Assembly (NCBI GenBank): GCA_965287045.1
Contig: OZ336872.1
Location: forward strand, 33,728,001-33,792,000
DNA: 64,000 bases
DNA from: Carcharhinus amblyrhynchos
Taxonomy: Eukaryota
Direction: 5' to 3'
Shown here: one piece after another, positions 49,635-61,489 of the stretch
Layout of the letters: every line of letters begins with the position of its first letter
How positions within the stretch are numbered: position 1 is the stretch's first letter
Made by a program: the position numbers and the translations under genes
The notes under the pieces: generated by a model
Database searches by the model: none
What the model saw: only the letters and a program-made list of their open reading frames with translations
What the model was told of the DNA's origin: nothing

Positions 49635-51195
49635 AAAATATGTTGGAGAGTGTTTACTTATAAAAGATATGAAGGAAACATTCAAAAATGTTTGAATGTT
49701 AATGTTAAGTTGACAATAGATAAATAATTTAGTTGTTCCTACGTCAATTGTTCACATTTAATGCAACTAATTTTTGAATCATTTTTCTCTTACAACTAGA
49801 GGTGGAAATTATTTCATTCATATTTTCTAGAAATTCAAGAACAGAGTGATTCTAGTCGTGTTTAGGGTGGACGGACACTTTGTTCTCACAGGGTTATCTT
49901 AGGGAGTGATGGGAGGGTGGGGACGGCTCATCCAATTGCAAATGTAAAATCCAGCCCATTGTTTTGGAAACCCTTATGACAGCACCACCAAGAGGTGAAT
50001 AATATATTGCAGATTAATGCAATATTTATTTGAAAATGCACTAGGTCTTATGGAGCAATTGACACAGGGAATTCAGTGAATTTTGAAATGGAATTCTGAA
50101 CTTAGCACAGCCATTTTAACATAAAATTTAGCACTTTTGTATGTCACTGTTATATCTAAGCATCAGCCTATGCAGGCCACACTTTTTTTCATTCTTTGCA
50201 ATATAATCACCAATGTAATAATTGATCAAAATATGAGACTTATATGAACAAGACTGTTTTGTATACTGCATGGACTATTCTACCCAACCAGCAATTTGTT
50301 GGATAAAAAACATTTAATACACTTTTTTTTAATTTATAGTGAGATGACTAATTGAGGGAGGGAAGAAAATACTGCTATATACGATTTGAATAATATCAGA
50401 GGAGCCAACTTGAATGTAAATTATACATTGTGATTTCTAAAAATATTAATAATAGTAGACCTATGCATATTGTGTCAAGCAGCTGAATGTGAGGCGCTAA
50501 TAAAACTACACATACCTTTTTGACATTTTAAACCACCTTGACAGAGGAATGTTTTAAAATATTTTTTAAATTACTTTTTCTGGCTTTTAACAAAATCTTT
50601 AAGTAAGATTTTTATGTTCTCCTCACACATTGTGAGAAAATAAAGCCCATCTTCTTCTTTCCCTCTTCTCTCGCTGCAAAATTCTGGCCATGCTATGTAC
50701 CCACTTCAGTCAGTTGGCATTTACAAATGCCATTCTTCAACCCACCACCAGATGGCTTAAAATAGCAGTCCAATGGTAGCTGTTTATCTGATTGTTCTTT
50801 CACTTGATGCTTCCTTGGCTGTGGGAATCTGTGGAAAGTGGGAAGAATTAACATGTCCCCCTCCAACTTGAGATGTTACAACACTGCTCCACCATATTAA
50901 AAACATGCAGTAGATAAAGTTCAGTTCTCAATACACTCTGAAGCAACACTCTGTTCCACTCAATAACCAATAAGCCAGTTTGACTGATTCAGAAAGATTT
51001 TTTTAAACTCTTCTTCCTGTGAGTAAATTACTGCCAGAGAGTTGAGTTGATGGATAGGGAGTAAGCAATCACAGATCTGCAACAATATCCCCACTGCTTT
51101 TCTTACTACACGAGTACATATTTTAAAGCATAAAAGTACATAATACTATTGTCATTCAATTTGATTTTTTTAAAATGTATCGATGATATATTTAT

Positions 51196-51545
51196 TTATT
51201 CATTCATTGGAAATAGGCACTGCTGGCTTTCCAGCATTTATTGCCCATCCCTTGATGCCAGAGGGCAGTTGAAAGTCAACCAAATTGCTGTGGTTCTGGA
51301 ATCACATGTAGGCCAGACCAGATAAGAACAGATTTCCTTCCCTAAAGGACATTGGTGAACCTGATGGGGTTTTCTGATAGTCGACAATGATTTCATGATC
51401 ATCAGTGGATTCTTAATTCCAGATTTTTTTGTAATCGAATTCAAATCCCACCATCTGCCGTGGGGAGTCGAACCCAGGTCCGCAGAACATTAGCTGAGTT
51501 TCTGGACTAATAGTCTAGTGATAATACCACTAGGCTATTGCCTCT
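51196..51545 (-). mobile_element. tRNA-derived SINE sharing its 3' tail with the 3578-4535 LINE family; older copy 20343-20678
   Basis: B-box GGTTCGACTCC on the minus strand, tail ..gggcaataaatgctgg..atgaatgaa. Confidence 0.75.
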
Positions 51546-52027
51546 GCATGTGCATCTATTACCTTCTTATCTATAAAGACAGAACTGACTTGGTGCTAAG
51601 GTCTTTAAAACCAATTGCAACGTAATGCAATGTAAATGTTATACTATCTTAGTTTCTTCTTATTATTGATGCTGATTAGTTTAATTTTAAAAAAATTCCA
51701 AAAACCGCAGTTTCAATGAATAAAAACTGAAGATTATAAATTTTTACTGAGAAAATTCCTTTAACCTGAATTGTTTTATCAGCCGAGGAAAAGAAGAGTG
51801 ATATGTAAAGAGTTCAAAAGACTGCATGTATTTAATATTGTCATTCTTTTCTCTTTTTAAATACGTTTTGAATTTCCATTTCAAATGGATTTCTGAAAAA
51901 AGCTAACAGATCAGTAAAGAAATATCTTTGATATTAATACAGCAAGTCAATGGAGCCACAAAGGATCTGAAAGTAAGCATAGGTATAATGGGAAGCTTAT
52001 GTATTTATGATTTTCTTGTTTAAACAG

Positions 52028-52169
52028 AATGTTAAAGGAAGTGCAGTTCCTAATGGAAAAGGGTCAAAATATTACAATGAGCATGAAAAGAAAGATTTTG
52101 GAGATGATGAAAAAAGCGTAGAAGTTGAAGCTTCTTTTCGAAGCTTCTATAATAATGAGAACCAAAATG
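52028..52169 (+). CDS. Candidate cassette exon of PTPRG (47 codons + 1 nt)
   Basis: ttttcttgtttaaacag| acceptor, open purine-rich frame [47 protein letters not shown], donor G|gtatgt. In frame if spliced to cag|CC at 52249. No homology recognised. Confidence 0.35.
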
Positions 52170-52241
52170 GTATGTCCAATATTTCTACTTACACTGTATC
52201 CTTTCTATTTTTCTTCATATTCTTCTGGTATGTCACTGAAG

Positions 52242-53019
52242 CCTACAGCCTCTCCTGCCTCTTCAGCTGATATGGCACCAATCAGTTCTGGGTCATCTAC
52301 TTGGACTTCTTCCGGTCTTACTTTACCTTTTGTTTCTATGGCAACTGGCCTAGGCCCTGCATCCAGTGGAAGTCAAACCACTGTAGCATCTGTGGTAACA
52401 AGTACCTTGCTTGCAAGCCTTGGGTTTGGTGGTGGCGGTGTTCCTTCCTTTCCTAGTACTGTGTGGCCTACACGCCTTCCCTCTGTGGCTTCAACCACTA
52501 AACATCGAGTGAGACCTGTTGTTTCAACAACTGAAGCATTGTCATCTCCAGGCTCAGAGGGTAGTTCTGCTGTTAATAAAACTGGTGAAGCAGAAGGTGA
52601 AGATGAAAAGAAAGAAAATGAGGGCGAGAAAGGAGAAGGAGAAGAAGGAGAAGGTGATGAAGAGGAAAGCAAAGATGGCTCAAGGAAAGAAGTAGTGGAG
52701 AAACAGGAGAATGTTGTGACTGCAACAACTGAGACACAAAATAAGACTGAATCAGAGGTATCACCTGGTGATCGAAGTGGTCCAACTGAAGAAGGCAAAA
52801 ACTCAACCAGTAGACAAGACCTTTCAAACGTAACCAGCAGTCAAACAAGTAAAGCTTTCAAGCAGACAACAGTTGAGCCATTGCGAATGACATCAGAAGT
52901 TTCAACTGCAGAGAACTATCCACTCAAAACTTCAATCAAACCAACATCTCCTCCAAAAACATGGAACGACGTAGCAGGAAAAAACTCTGCTGAGAATACA
53001 TTCGTTATGGTGAATCCAG
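52242..53019 (+). CDS. PTPRG: PTPRG large extracellular spacer exon (778 nt, phase 0 to 1)
   Basis: Pyrimidine tract then ctgaag|CCT ACA GCC. Translates [25 protein letters not shown]...VWPTRLP...acidic stretch...FVMVNP, donor CCAG|gttagt. Lies within ORF 52125..53024. Confidence 0.92.
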
Positions 53020-53317
53020 GTTAGTTTATATCAAGTTATTTTGTTACTGTTGCTTCTTTCGATACTTTTTTTTAAAATAGGCTCTTTATTTGGTATGTGG
53101 CTCTTTTTATTTTGCTAAGCTTGTGATTAACCATTTGATTGTAGTGACTAAATAACTTTGGCTCACATGACGTATTGCTGATTTATTATGCTTGATGCTT
53201 ACCCAATACCATGGAGATACCATAAAAATTTAAAACTACAAGGTTGAAAAGTTTGAATATTTTATCCCCCATCAAAACATTTCCTATGTTAGCAGTAAAT
53301 TATCAACAATGTGACGT

Positions 53318-53878
53318 AGAATATAGAAAAACTACAGCACAAACAGACCTTCGGTCCACAAGTTGCGCCAATCATATCTCTACCTACTAGGCTTACCTAT
53401 AACCCTCAATCCTACTAAGTCCCATGTACTCATCCAGAAGTGTCTTAAAAGACCCCATCGAATCTGCCTCCATCACCACCGCCAGCAGCCGATTCCACGC
53501 ACTCACCACCCTCTGAGTGAAAAACATACGCCTGACATCTCCTCTGTACCTACTCCCCAACACCCTAAATGTGTGTCCTCTCGTGGCAGCCGTTTCAGCT
53601 CTGGGAAAAAGCCTCTGAGAATCCACCCGATCAAAACCTCTCAACATCTTATACACCTCTATCAGGCCACCTCTCGTCCTTCGCCTCTCCAAGGAGAAAA
53701 GACCAAGCTCCCTCAACCTGTCCTCATAAAGCATGCCACCCAATCCAGGCAACATCCTTGTAAACCTCCTCTGCACCCTTTCAATGGCTTCCACATCCTT
53801 CCTGTAAAGAGGCAACCAGAACTGAGCACAGTACTCCAAGTGGGGTCTGACCAGGGTCTTATACAGCTGCAGCATTAT
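53318..53878 (-). mobile_element. CR1 3' end with uninterrupted 160-aa ORF2 C-terminus
   Basis: ORF 53393..53875 LYKTLVRPHLEYCAQFW..RTRGGLIEVYK..TRGH..FFTQRVV. Confidence 0.92.
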
Positions 53879-54811
53879 CTCCAGAAGTGTCGATTACTTG
53901 TTCCTTTGCTAATGAGTATGAAGACACTCTTGGTAGTTGATTAATTTGTGCTTATTCCAAATGTCCTTTAAAATAAACTAGGTGATACGGTTTGTACTAT
54001 CAACTATTTTGTCCAGAAAACTTAGATTTTCAGTATTACTTTGGCACATTGCATGTAATATTCATGAGTGAAAGCGATGGAACAATTACATAAAAATAAT
54101 TTTTTTTCTGGGAAGATAATGCATTGTATAAATGTCGTGTGATTAATGTAAGTTTAGTAGTACTTATGTTAGAAAATGGCTTTTCTCATATAATTGCAAG
54201 CCAAATCTACAATTAAGAATGTCCAGCTACTTCAAATTAGTTATGTTCGTGCACTATTCTACTATGAAATGGTACAACGTGTATTTACATTCTCAGATAG
54301 GGGTAGATTTCAATTTATTGGCTGCCTGTCCAATATTTCTTGTGGTAAAGTGGCCAGGGCCATTTTGAGGCCAGGTCTTATTTAAATAGACCCAAATGTC
54401 TGAGCAGGCAACCCAGTATAGCTTGCTGGATTCTGGCCTATGCACTATTTGGTGCCACCTAGCCAGCAGCAAGCTAACTCCTGAGCAGATTTCTGTTGGT
54501 TTCCTCAACAACAGAAGAATATTTTAAAACTTGCCTGTCTTGGGTCATTTTGGGTCTATTGCCAGAAAAGCTGGTTGGAAAATGGGCAGTTCATGCTTTG
54601 ATCAGCTCCGCTCAGCTGGAATCCTTTGAATCGCAGGACTTTGACTTGGGGCCTATTGTTTGAAATAGGGCATGTTTCTGTACGCCCAGTGGAATACCCT
54701 TATGAAAATGGAGATTGGCTGGAGCATCAGCATTAAGGGGCTGAAAATATGCCAACCTTGTTTTGTAGTCACTATGAGACACTACCTCTCATTCACCCAT
54801 GATAAGCCCAT

Positions 54812-55620
54812 TCAACAACAACAGTCTGTATTTATATGCTGCCTGTATTATAGTAAAATATCCATAACCACTTTACAGGAGTGCCATCAATCATAACTTG
54901 ACAGGGTACTCCACAAGTGGATGGTAGGATTGATAACAAAGACCTTGGTCAGAAAGGTATATTTTAAAGAGTTTCTTAAAGAAAGACAGAGGTGAGAAGC
55001 TTAGGGAAGAAATTCCAGAGTTTAGTTTCTAGGCAGTTGAAGGCACATATTCCAACAATGGAATGATTGAGTTCATGGATGCGACCAGTGGAGGAGCGCT
55101 GAAAACTTGAAAGGTTTTAGGACTAGAAGAGATGCAAGTGATTTGATTACAAGAATGAAAATTTTGAAAGTGAAGTGTTGCTTAACCTGGAGCCAACATA
55201 GGTAAATGAGCCCAAGGCAAATGGGCTTTGATAAGAGTTACTATATGGGCAGCCCAGTTTTAGTTGATTTCATGATTGTGGAGGCTAGAACTTGGGAGGT
55301 TGGCCAGGAATTCATTGAAATAATAAAGTCTAGTTGTAACAAAGGCACGGATGAAGGTTTCAGCAGTAAATGAGTGGGGGCAGGGTGGACTTGGGCAATG
55401 TTACAGAAGTGGTAATAAGCATCTTTGTGATTGCATGTGATGTACCTGTGGTTGGAAGTTCCATCATGGGAGTTAAATATGACAGTAAATTTGCTAACAG
55501 CCTGGTTCAGCCTCAGAGTCACCAAGGAGAGGATTGGAGTCAGTAGCTACAGAATGGAATTTGTGGTGTGGTAGAAGACAATGGTTTTGGTCTTCCCAGT
55601 AATTAATTCAAGGAAACGGG
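54812..55620 (-). mobile_element. L2-type LINE 3' fragment
   Basis: AYYHFCNIAQ.. remnant in ORF 55241..55525, and a caacaacaac/tatttatat L2-type tail. Confidence 0.65.
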
Positions 55621-56309
55621 AGCAACATTTTCTGGAAACTTCAAGAGGTGGAAAATGTACCTGCCCTTACAATTTAATTGTTTCTTCACAAGTCAGCTCA
55701 GAGTTCTTTCTAAACAAAGTGTTTCTCTCTTTTTGCCTATCAATATAGATTTTTTGAGAAATGCAAATCAATCCAGTGTCCTGTGTTATCTCCATCTGGC
55801 TGATTTCAAACAGGAATTATTCTGTTGTTGACTTGTACAAAGAATGTGGCTTGCCATGGGTAATGAAAATTATTGAGAATGAACTTTTGTAAACTTCCAT
55901 TCTTTGACACTTCAATAAATAATTTCAGCTTATAAGTCTGCTTGTGTTCCATAAATGTCAGCTGAATTATGCTTTAGCCTTCAGCATTTCAAGATGCAAC
56001 AGAGCTGTTTCAAAAATGTGTCCTTCATATTTAACACAATGCTTTTCACTAAATGAATTTTGTAGTTATTACGAGAAGATTAACTTAACAATGAAGATAA
56101 ATAACAATGATAAAAGCAATCACAATTTTGTAATCACTGGTACCTTAACGTAACATTTGGTGTGAAAGCCTGTGCAAATCTGTCACCCCAAGCAAAATTA
56201 GTTTTTCCCTCCCCATTCTCACCAGAAATGCAGTCACAATTGGTTTTAGCAGTTCTATATGTGGCCATAGATTAGAACTGTTTTGTTTTGGATGCCAAGC
56301 ACTAAAACA

Positions 56310-56597
56310 TACAGAATCGTAGAATCCATACAGTGCAGAAGGAGGCCATTTATCCCATCAAGCCTGCACCAACCCAAGCCCTATCCCTGTAAAACCCACT
56401 TACTTACCCTGCCAGTTGCCTTGACACTAAGAAGCAATTTAGCATGGCCAATCAACCTAACCAGCAAATCTTTGGAATGTGGGAGAAAACCACACAGACA
56501 GAGAATCATGCAAACTCCACTGTAACCGGAGGCCGAAATTGAACCTGGATCCCTCATGTTGTAAGATAGCAGTGCTAAATGCTGCGTCACCAAGCCA
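56310..56597 (-). mobile_element. HE1-like V-SINE with CR1-type tail; further copies 57519-57826, 60028-60335, 61213-61489 (all -) and fragments 286-353(-), 48820-48955(+)
   Basis: tacagtgcagaaggaggccatt tail, caatttagcatggccaatcaacctaacc body, aattgaacc B-box. Confidence 0.85.
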
Positions 56598-57989
56598 CTG
56601 TTAATGTATGTACACACTTCCCACAATAACATTATGTGGTCATACTTTCACACCAGCATTGAAAGTTGGCTACATTAACATTCAGAATTGAATGTAAACA
56701 ATGGCCCATAGCAATGCAGCACGTAGAGCAGTTCACTAGTTTAATAATCTTAATCTTTAACCACCTGCCGGAAAACTTACAGGCTCAAAATCGCAGTCTG
56801 TTTTACATCCCTTCCATTGAAATCGGGGGAGAGTGAAATCAAGCTGGATATAAAACAGCTGGCTAATTTAATCTTGTCAGTTTCTCACTGAGCGAGTTAG
56901 GTTAAAATTATCCCTGATGTTGAAATGATGCTTAGCAACCATTTTGTAATTAGCTCCACGGAAAAATAGATGTGCACAGGGATGAGTGAGCAGAGGTAAG
57001 TGTTGTTTCATGCAAGTCTAATTTCGACATATTGTTTCATGTTATGATCAGTGAGCCTTTATCAAACTCCTTCTATGTGTGTATTGCATGAAGGAAGAAA
57101 CGTTTCCAACCAGGAGTGAATGAACTATTAGCCTTGTTATGTGCGCAAGCACTATTAATAAAATTGCATTTGTGTCCCAAGAATCAGCGAGCAGAATAGT
57201 TACGGAACATTTATTACAGCTCGCAACCTCGGTGTCTGTAGTATTTTGAACAGTCCATAATGGCTGTAATTTCTTTCAAATTACTTTAAATAATCTCTTC
57301 AGAAAATCCAGTTTAGTAAAAAAAACCACTGAATTGCTGAAAATGCATGAATAGTATAGCCATCTTGCCCTTTCTCCACCACATAAAAAGACAGAAGTTC
57401 AACCTGTGATGAAAGGATGAAAACAGCAAATGGCCTGGAAAGTTCTGGATGAATTAAAAATGGAGATACCACCATCTGAAAACAGGATGATCTTGTTCTC
57501 TGCCAGGTTGAAGAGACCATATCATAAAATCATAGTATTCTTATAATGCGGAAGGAGGTCATTCAGTCCGTTGATCCTGTACCAACAACAGTCCCAGCCA
57601 GGCCCTATCCCAGTTGCCCCACGTATTTACCCTGCTAATCTCCCTGACAGTAAGAGGCAATTTAGCATGGCCAATCTACTGAACCCACACATCTTTGGAC
57701 TGTGGGAAGAAACCCCTGCAGATACAGGGAGATTGTCTGTGCGAAGTTTGCACAATGACTTGAGGCTGGAATTGAACCCAGGTCCCTAGTGCTATGTTGC
57801 AGCAATGCTAACCACTGTATTACCCTACAGAGTACAATTTTAAGCAAGTTGAATTAGTCAGTTTCAGTACTCCTCATTTTTATCTACTTAATAAAAAGTA
57901 TACAGTGATTTACTTCTTTGCAGCAATTACGTTTGTGCATAAGGAAAAAAACAGAAATATCACCTATCAATAAACTGATGACTGAAGTA

Positions 57990-58575
57990 TTACATCACCT
58001 CCACTTTCTCATCCTATTTTTATATCTTTTGATCCTCTAAGTGCCTAGAATCTATTGATTGCTGTCTTGATTATACTGATTGACTGAGCATCCCCAGCTC
58101 TCTGGGGTAGAGAATTAGAAAGGTTCCCAAATCTCTAAGTGAAGAAATTTCTTCTCAGCTTTAAATGGCTGAAGTCTTACCTTGAGACTGTAACTGCTAC
58201 TTATACGCCGGAACTCTACCACCTCGCCTGCCACGGATTCGGAGCAGGCGAGGGCCGGACAATGGAAATCTCTGACTTCGGGCGTGAATTTCTAATCTCG
58301 CTCAAGCGAGGCCTGTTGTCTCTCCATACTCCCAGATCTACCTTGTCAAACTCGAAAATTTTTATATGGTTCAATGAGATCACATCCTCAGTCTTCAAAA
58401 CTCCACAGAATAGGGGCCCATTTCACTCCATCTCTCCTTATTGGACAGGCCTTTCATCCCAGGAATCAGTCCAATGAATCTTTGTTGGATCCACCTCTAA
58501 GCCAAGTGTAACCTCCTCAAGATAGGGTGGCCAAAACTGTGGCCTCAGCAGTACCATATATGGTTGCAACAGGAT
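57990..58575 (-). mobile_element. Old CR1 3' fragment with MITE insertion
   Basis: EDVISLNHIKIFEFDKVD remnant and ctctggggtagagaat..tctaagtgaagaaattt motif. Confidence 0.65.
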
Positions 58576-58799
58576 ATCCAGAAATCAGGAGCCATTTCAG
58601 TTAAAAAATGGTACCTGGTGCCATCTCTGGTCTAACCCATACCCAAGCTATGTTTTTAAAACTAAAAGCATAAATATTCCATCCATGCAGCAGAAGTATT
58701 CAGAGTAGGCAGATTGGGACATCAGTCAGTGCCTAAAGCTCATTAGACACCCAACCTGCTATTTGGACCTCGCTGTTTCAGAAAACTAGTGAATGAATG

Positions 58800-58990
58800 T
58801 TATCATTTGAGTCTGTCTCTATTTCTTCATAAGAGTTACACATTACAAGCATGTACCTCCTATTTCAGACACACCACAGTTTCAAGAAATGCTTCTTTAT
58901 ATCTGCTCAAGTGAAACTCTAGTTAATGCCCACCATCTGCAAACAATTAAACATGATTAATATACAATTAAAAATGTCCTTATTTCTCTT
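58800..58990 (-). mobile_element. Polypurine tract and 3' LTR remnant of the Copia element
   Basis: Downstream of the pol stop, minus strand reads aaagagaaataagga (PPT-like) then ..atattaatcatgtttaattgtttgcagatggtgggcattaactagagtttcacttgagcagatataaag, which is similar to 19795-19865. Confidence 0.6.
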
Positions 58991-60949
58991 TAAGTAAAAA
59001 GTAAAATTAATAAGCATAAGCAATTTTTTTAAAAAGCAAATAAAAAGCCTCCATATTCTATACAAAGCATTAGATTGCAAGATACCTCGCCTGTAGGACC
59101 TGTGACAATTCTTTGTACAATCATTTCATTTTGGAAAATAACCAAACCATTGATGACTGGCATCAACCCATTTAATTTTAGAGATTTCCTTTCTCCCCAG
59201 CATTTCTTTCAAGCCAGTATCTTTCGAAAACATTTTCTTACTCACATTTTTCATAGTGTACATTACCCCACCATGAAATAATTATCTGCAGAACATTCAA
59301 TGGGTCTACTATCTTCAGTAAGTTTTCAAGTTTTATGGTTATTTATTGGTATCACAAGTAGGCTTACATTAAGACTGCAATGAAGTTACTATGAAAATCC
59401 CCTAGTTGCTACACTTCAGCGCCTGTTCGGGTGCAATGAGGGAAAATTTAGTATGGTCAATGCATCTAACCATGTCTTTCGGACTGTGGGAGGAAACCCA
59501 CACAGACGCAGGAAGAACACGTGGACTCCGCACAGACAGTGACCCAAGCTGGGAATCAATCCCGGGTCCCTGCCAGTGTGAGGCAGGAGTGGTAAACGCT
59601 TATGCCCTTGTGTAGAATTTCATTGAAAATATCTAACAAATAGAATCTTATATCTACTGCCTATGTAGCAGCCAGTGTTTCAACAGCTAAAATTACTTAA
59701 ACAATCCTTTTAATTTTCTTAGCCTCCCAAGCTAAAGGGTATCTCCCATTTTCACCCGTAAGAAATATTATGAAACCAGCTGCTCCAGATTATCCATCAG
59801 GAAGATTAGCATGAGAAGCACCACTAAAATTGTGGAGTTTCATATTCTTTGGGCCACCTGGGAATGGGAACTTAAGTATGCATATATCTAGATTTAATTT
59901 TTTTAATATTATTCACCCTTGGGACATTTTCTACTTTAGTCTTGCATCAATTGTATTTAATATCAAAACTAAATCCTGTCTAAACTGAGTGTCCAACTAG
60001 TTCAATGGCTAATGTCTCTCTAGATATTGAATCATAAGATAAGATCCTTACAGTACAAAACGCAACCTTTCAGGCCATCGAACCTGCACCAACAACAACC
60101 TCACTCAGGCCCTACCGTTGTAATCCCACCTATTTACCCTGCTAAACCCCCTGACATTAAGGTACAATTTAGCATGGCCAATTAACCTAACCTGCACATC
60201 TTTGGACTGTGGGAGGAAACTGGAGCGCCCAGAGGAAACCCATGCAGATATGGGGAGAACATGCAAAGTTTACACAGTGACCGAAGGTCAGAATTGAACA
60301 CGGGACCTTAGCACTGTGAAGCACAATGCTGCCCATCTTGCAATATACCTTTCAGTGGTGACCCAGCACAATTCATTGAGATGGCAGTAATTTTTGACAA
60401 AGTCATTCCAGACCTACTCTCCTCAATATTGGAACTAATATATTTCAATTCCACAAGCCAGAATTCCAATTCTGCTCTAACCTTATAACACAATTCTCAA
60501 ATTTCACAATATCACCCTCTAAGAAACCATCCACATGCCTAAAAGTTTTCCTTTATGATACCAATAAAACATTGTGGGATTTGCTTTTAGATTGAGCATA
60601 ATCTATTTTCAGCAAAGTAGATCACACTGCAAAATGCCATACCCGGAAAGCATCATTCAGGCCTGCTGCCTCTTTGGGTAGTTCCAGAAACACCTCTGTC
60701 TGAACAGTATAATGCTTTAGAAAAACAACTTGTAAGACAACTGACCTACACTTTCATGAATCTGTGGCCATTGGAGTTAAGATTTTCATTATTTATTTTC
60801 CACTTCTTGGAGAGTATGCTCTAACATCTGTATTATTTCATAGTTGCTCTTCAAAACCCCAAGCAACCAGCCTGACTTCACCCTTAGAGGTCCCATCTGC
60901 AAGGAATTTTTTTAGTACAAGCCACTTTTCTGATAAAGTTGGTTACCTC

Positions 60950-61489
60950 TTATGAAACCAGCTGCTCTAGATTATCCATCAGGAAGATTAGCATGAAAAG
61001 CACCACTGAAATTGTGGCGTTTTGTATTCTTTGGGCCACCTAGGAATGGGAACTTAAGTATGCATACATCTAGATTCAATTTTTTTTTATATTTTATTCA
61101 CCCTTGGGACATTTTCTACTTTAGGGTCTTGCATCATTGTATTTAATATCAAAACTAACATTCTGTCTAAACTGAGTGTCCAACTAGTTCAATGGCTAAT
61201 GTCTCTCTAGATATAGAATCACAGGATAACATCCCTACAGTACAAAAGGCAACCTTTCAGCCCATCGAACCTGCACCAACAACAACCTCACCCAGGCCCT
61301 ACTGTTGTAATCGCACATATTTACCCAGCTAAACCCCCTGACATTAAGGCACAATTTAGCATGGCCAATTAACCTAACCTGCACATCTTTGGACTGTGGG
61401 AGGAAACTCGAGTACCCAGAGGAAACCCATGCAGACACGGGGAGAACATGCAAAGTTTACACAGACAGTGACCCAAGGTCAGAATGAAC
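60950..61489 (+). repeat. Direct duplicate of 59768-60299
   Basis: Both copies start ttatgaaaccagctgctc and end ..aaggtcagaat(t)gaac. Roughly 90% identical by eye. Confidence 0.95.

Noticed and set aside
52373-52848. Minus-strand 141-aa and 91-aa ORFs
   Set aside because: Antisense shadows of the PTPRG exon.
52125-53024. 299-aa ORF as a stand-alone gene
   Set aside because: The first 39 codons are intronic pyrimidine tract. Homology to PTPRG begins at the 52242 acceptor.
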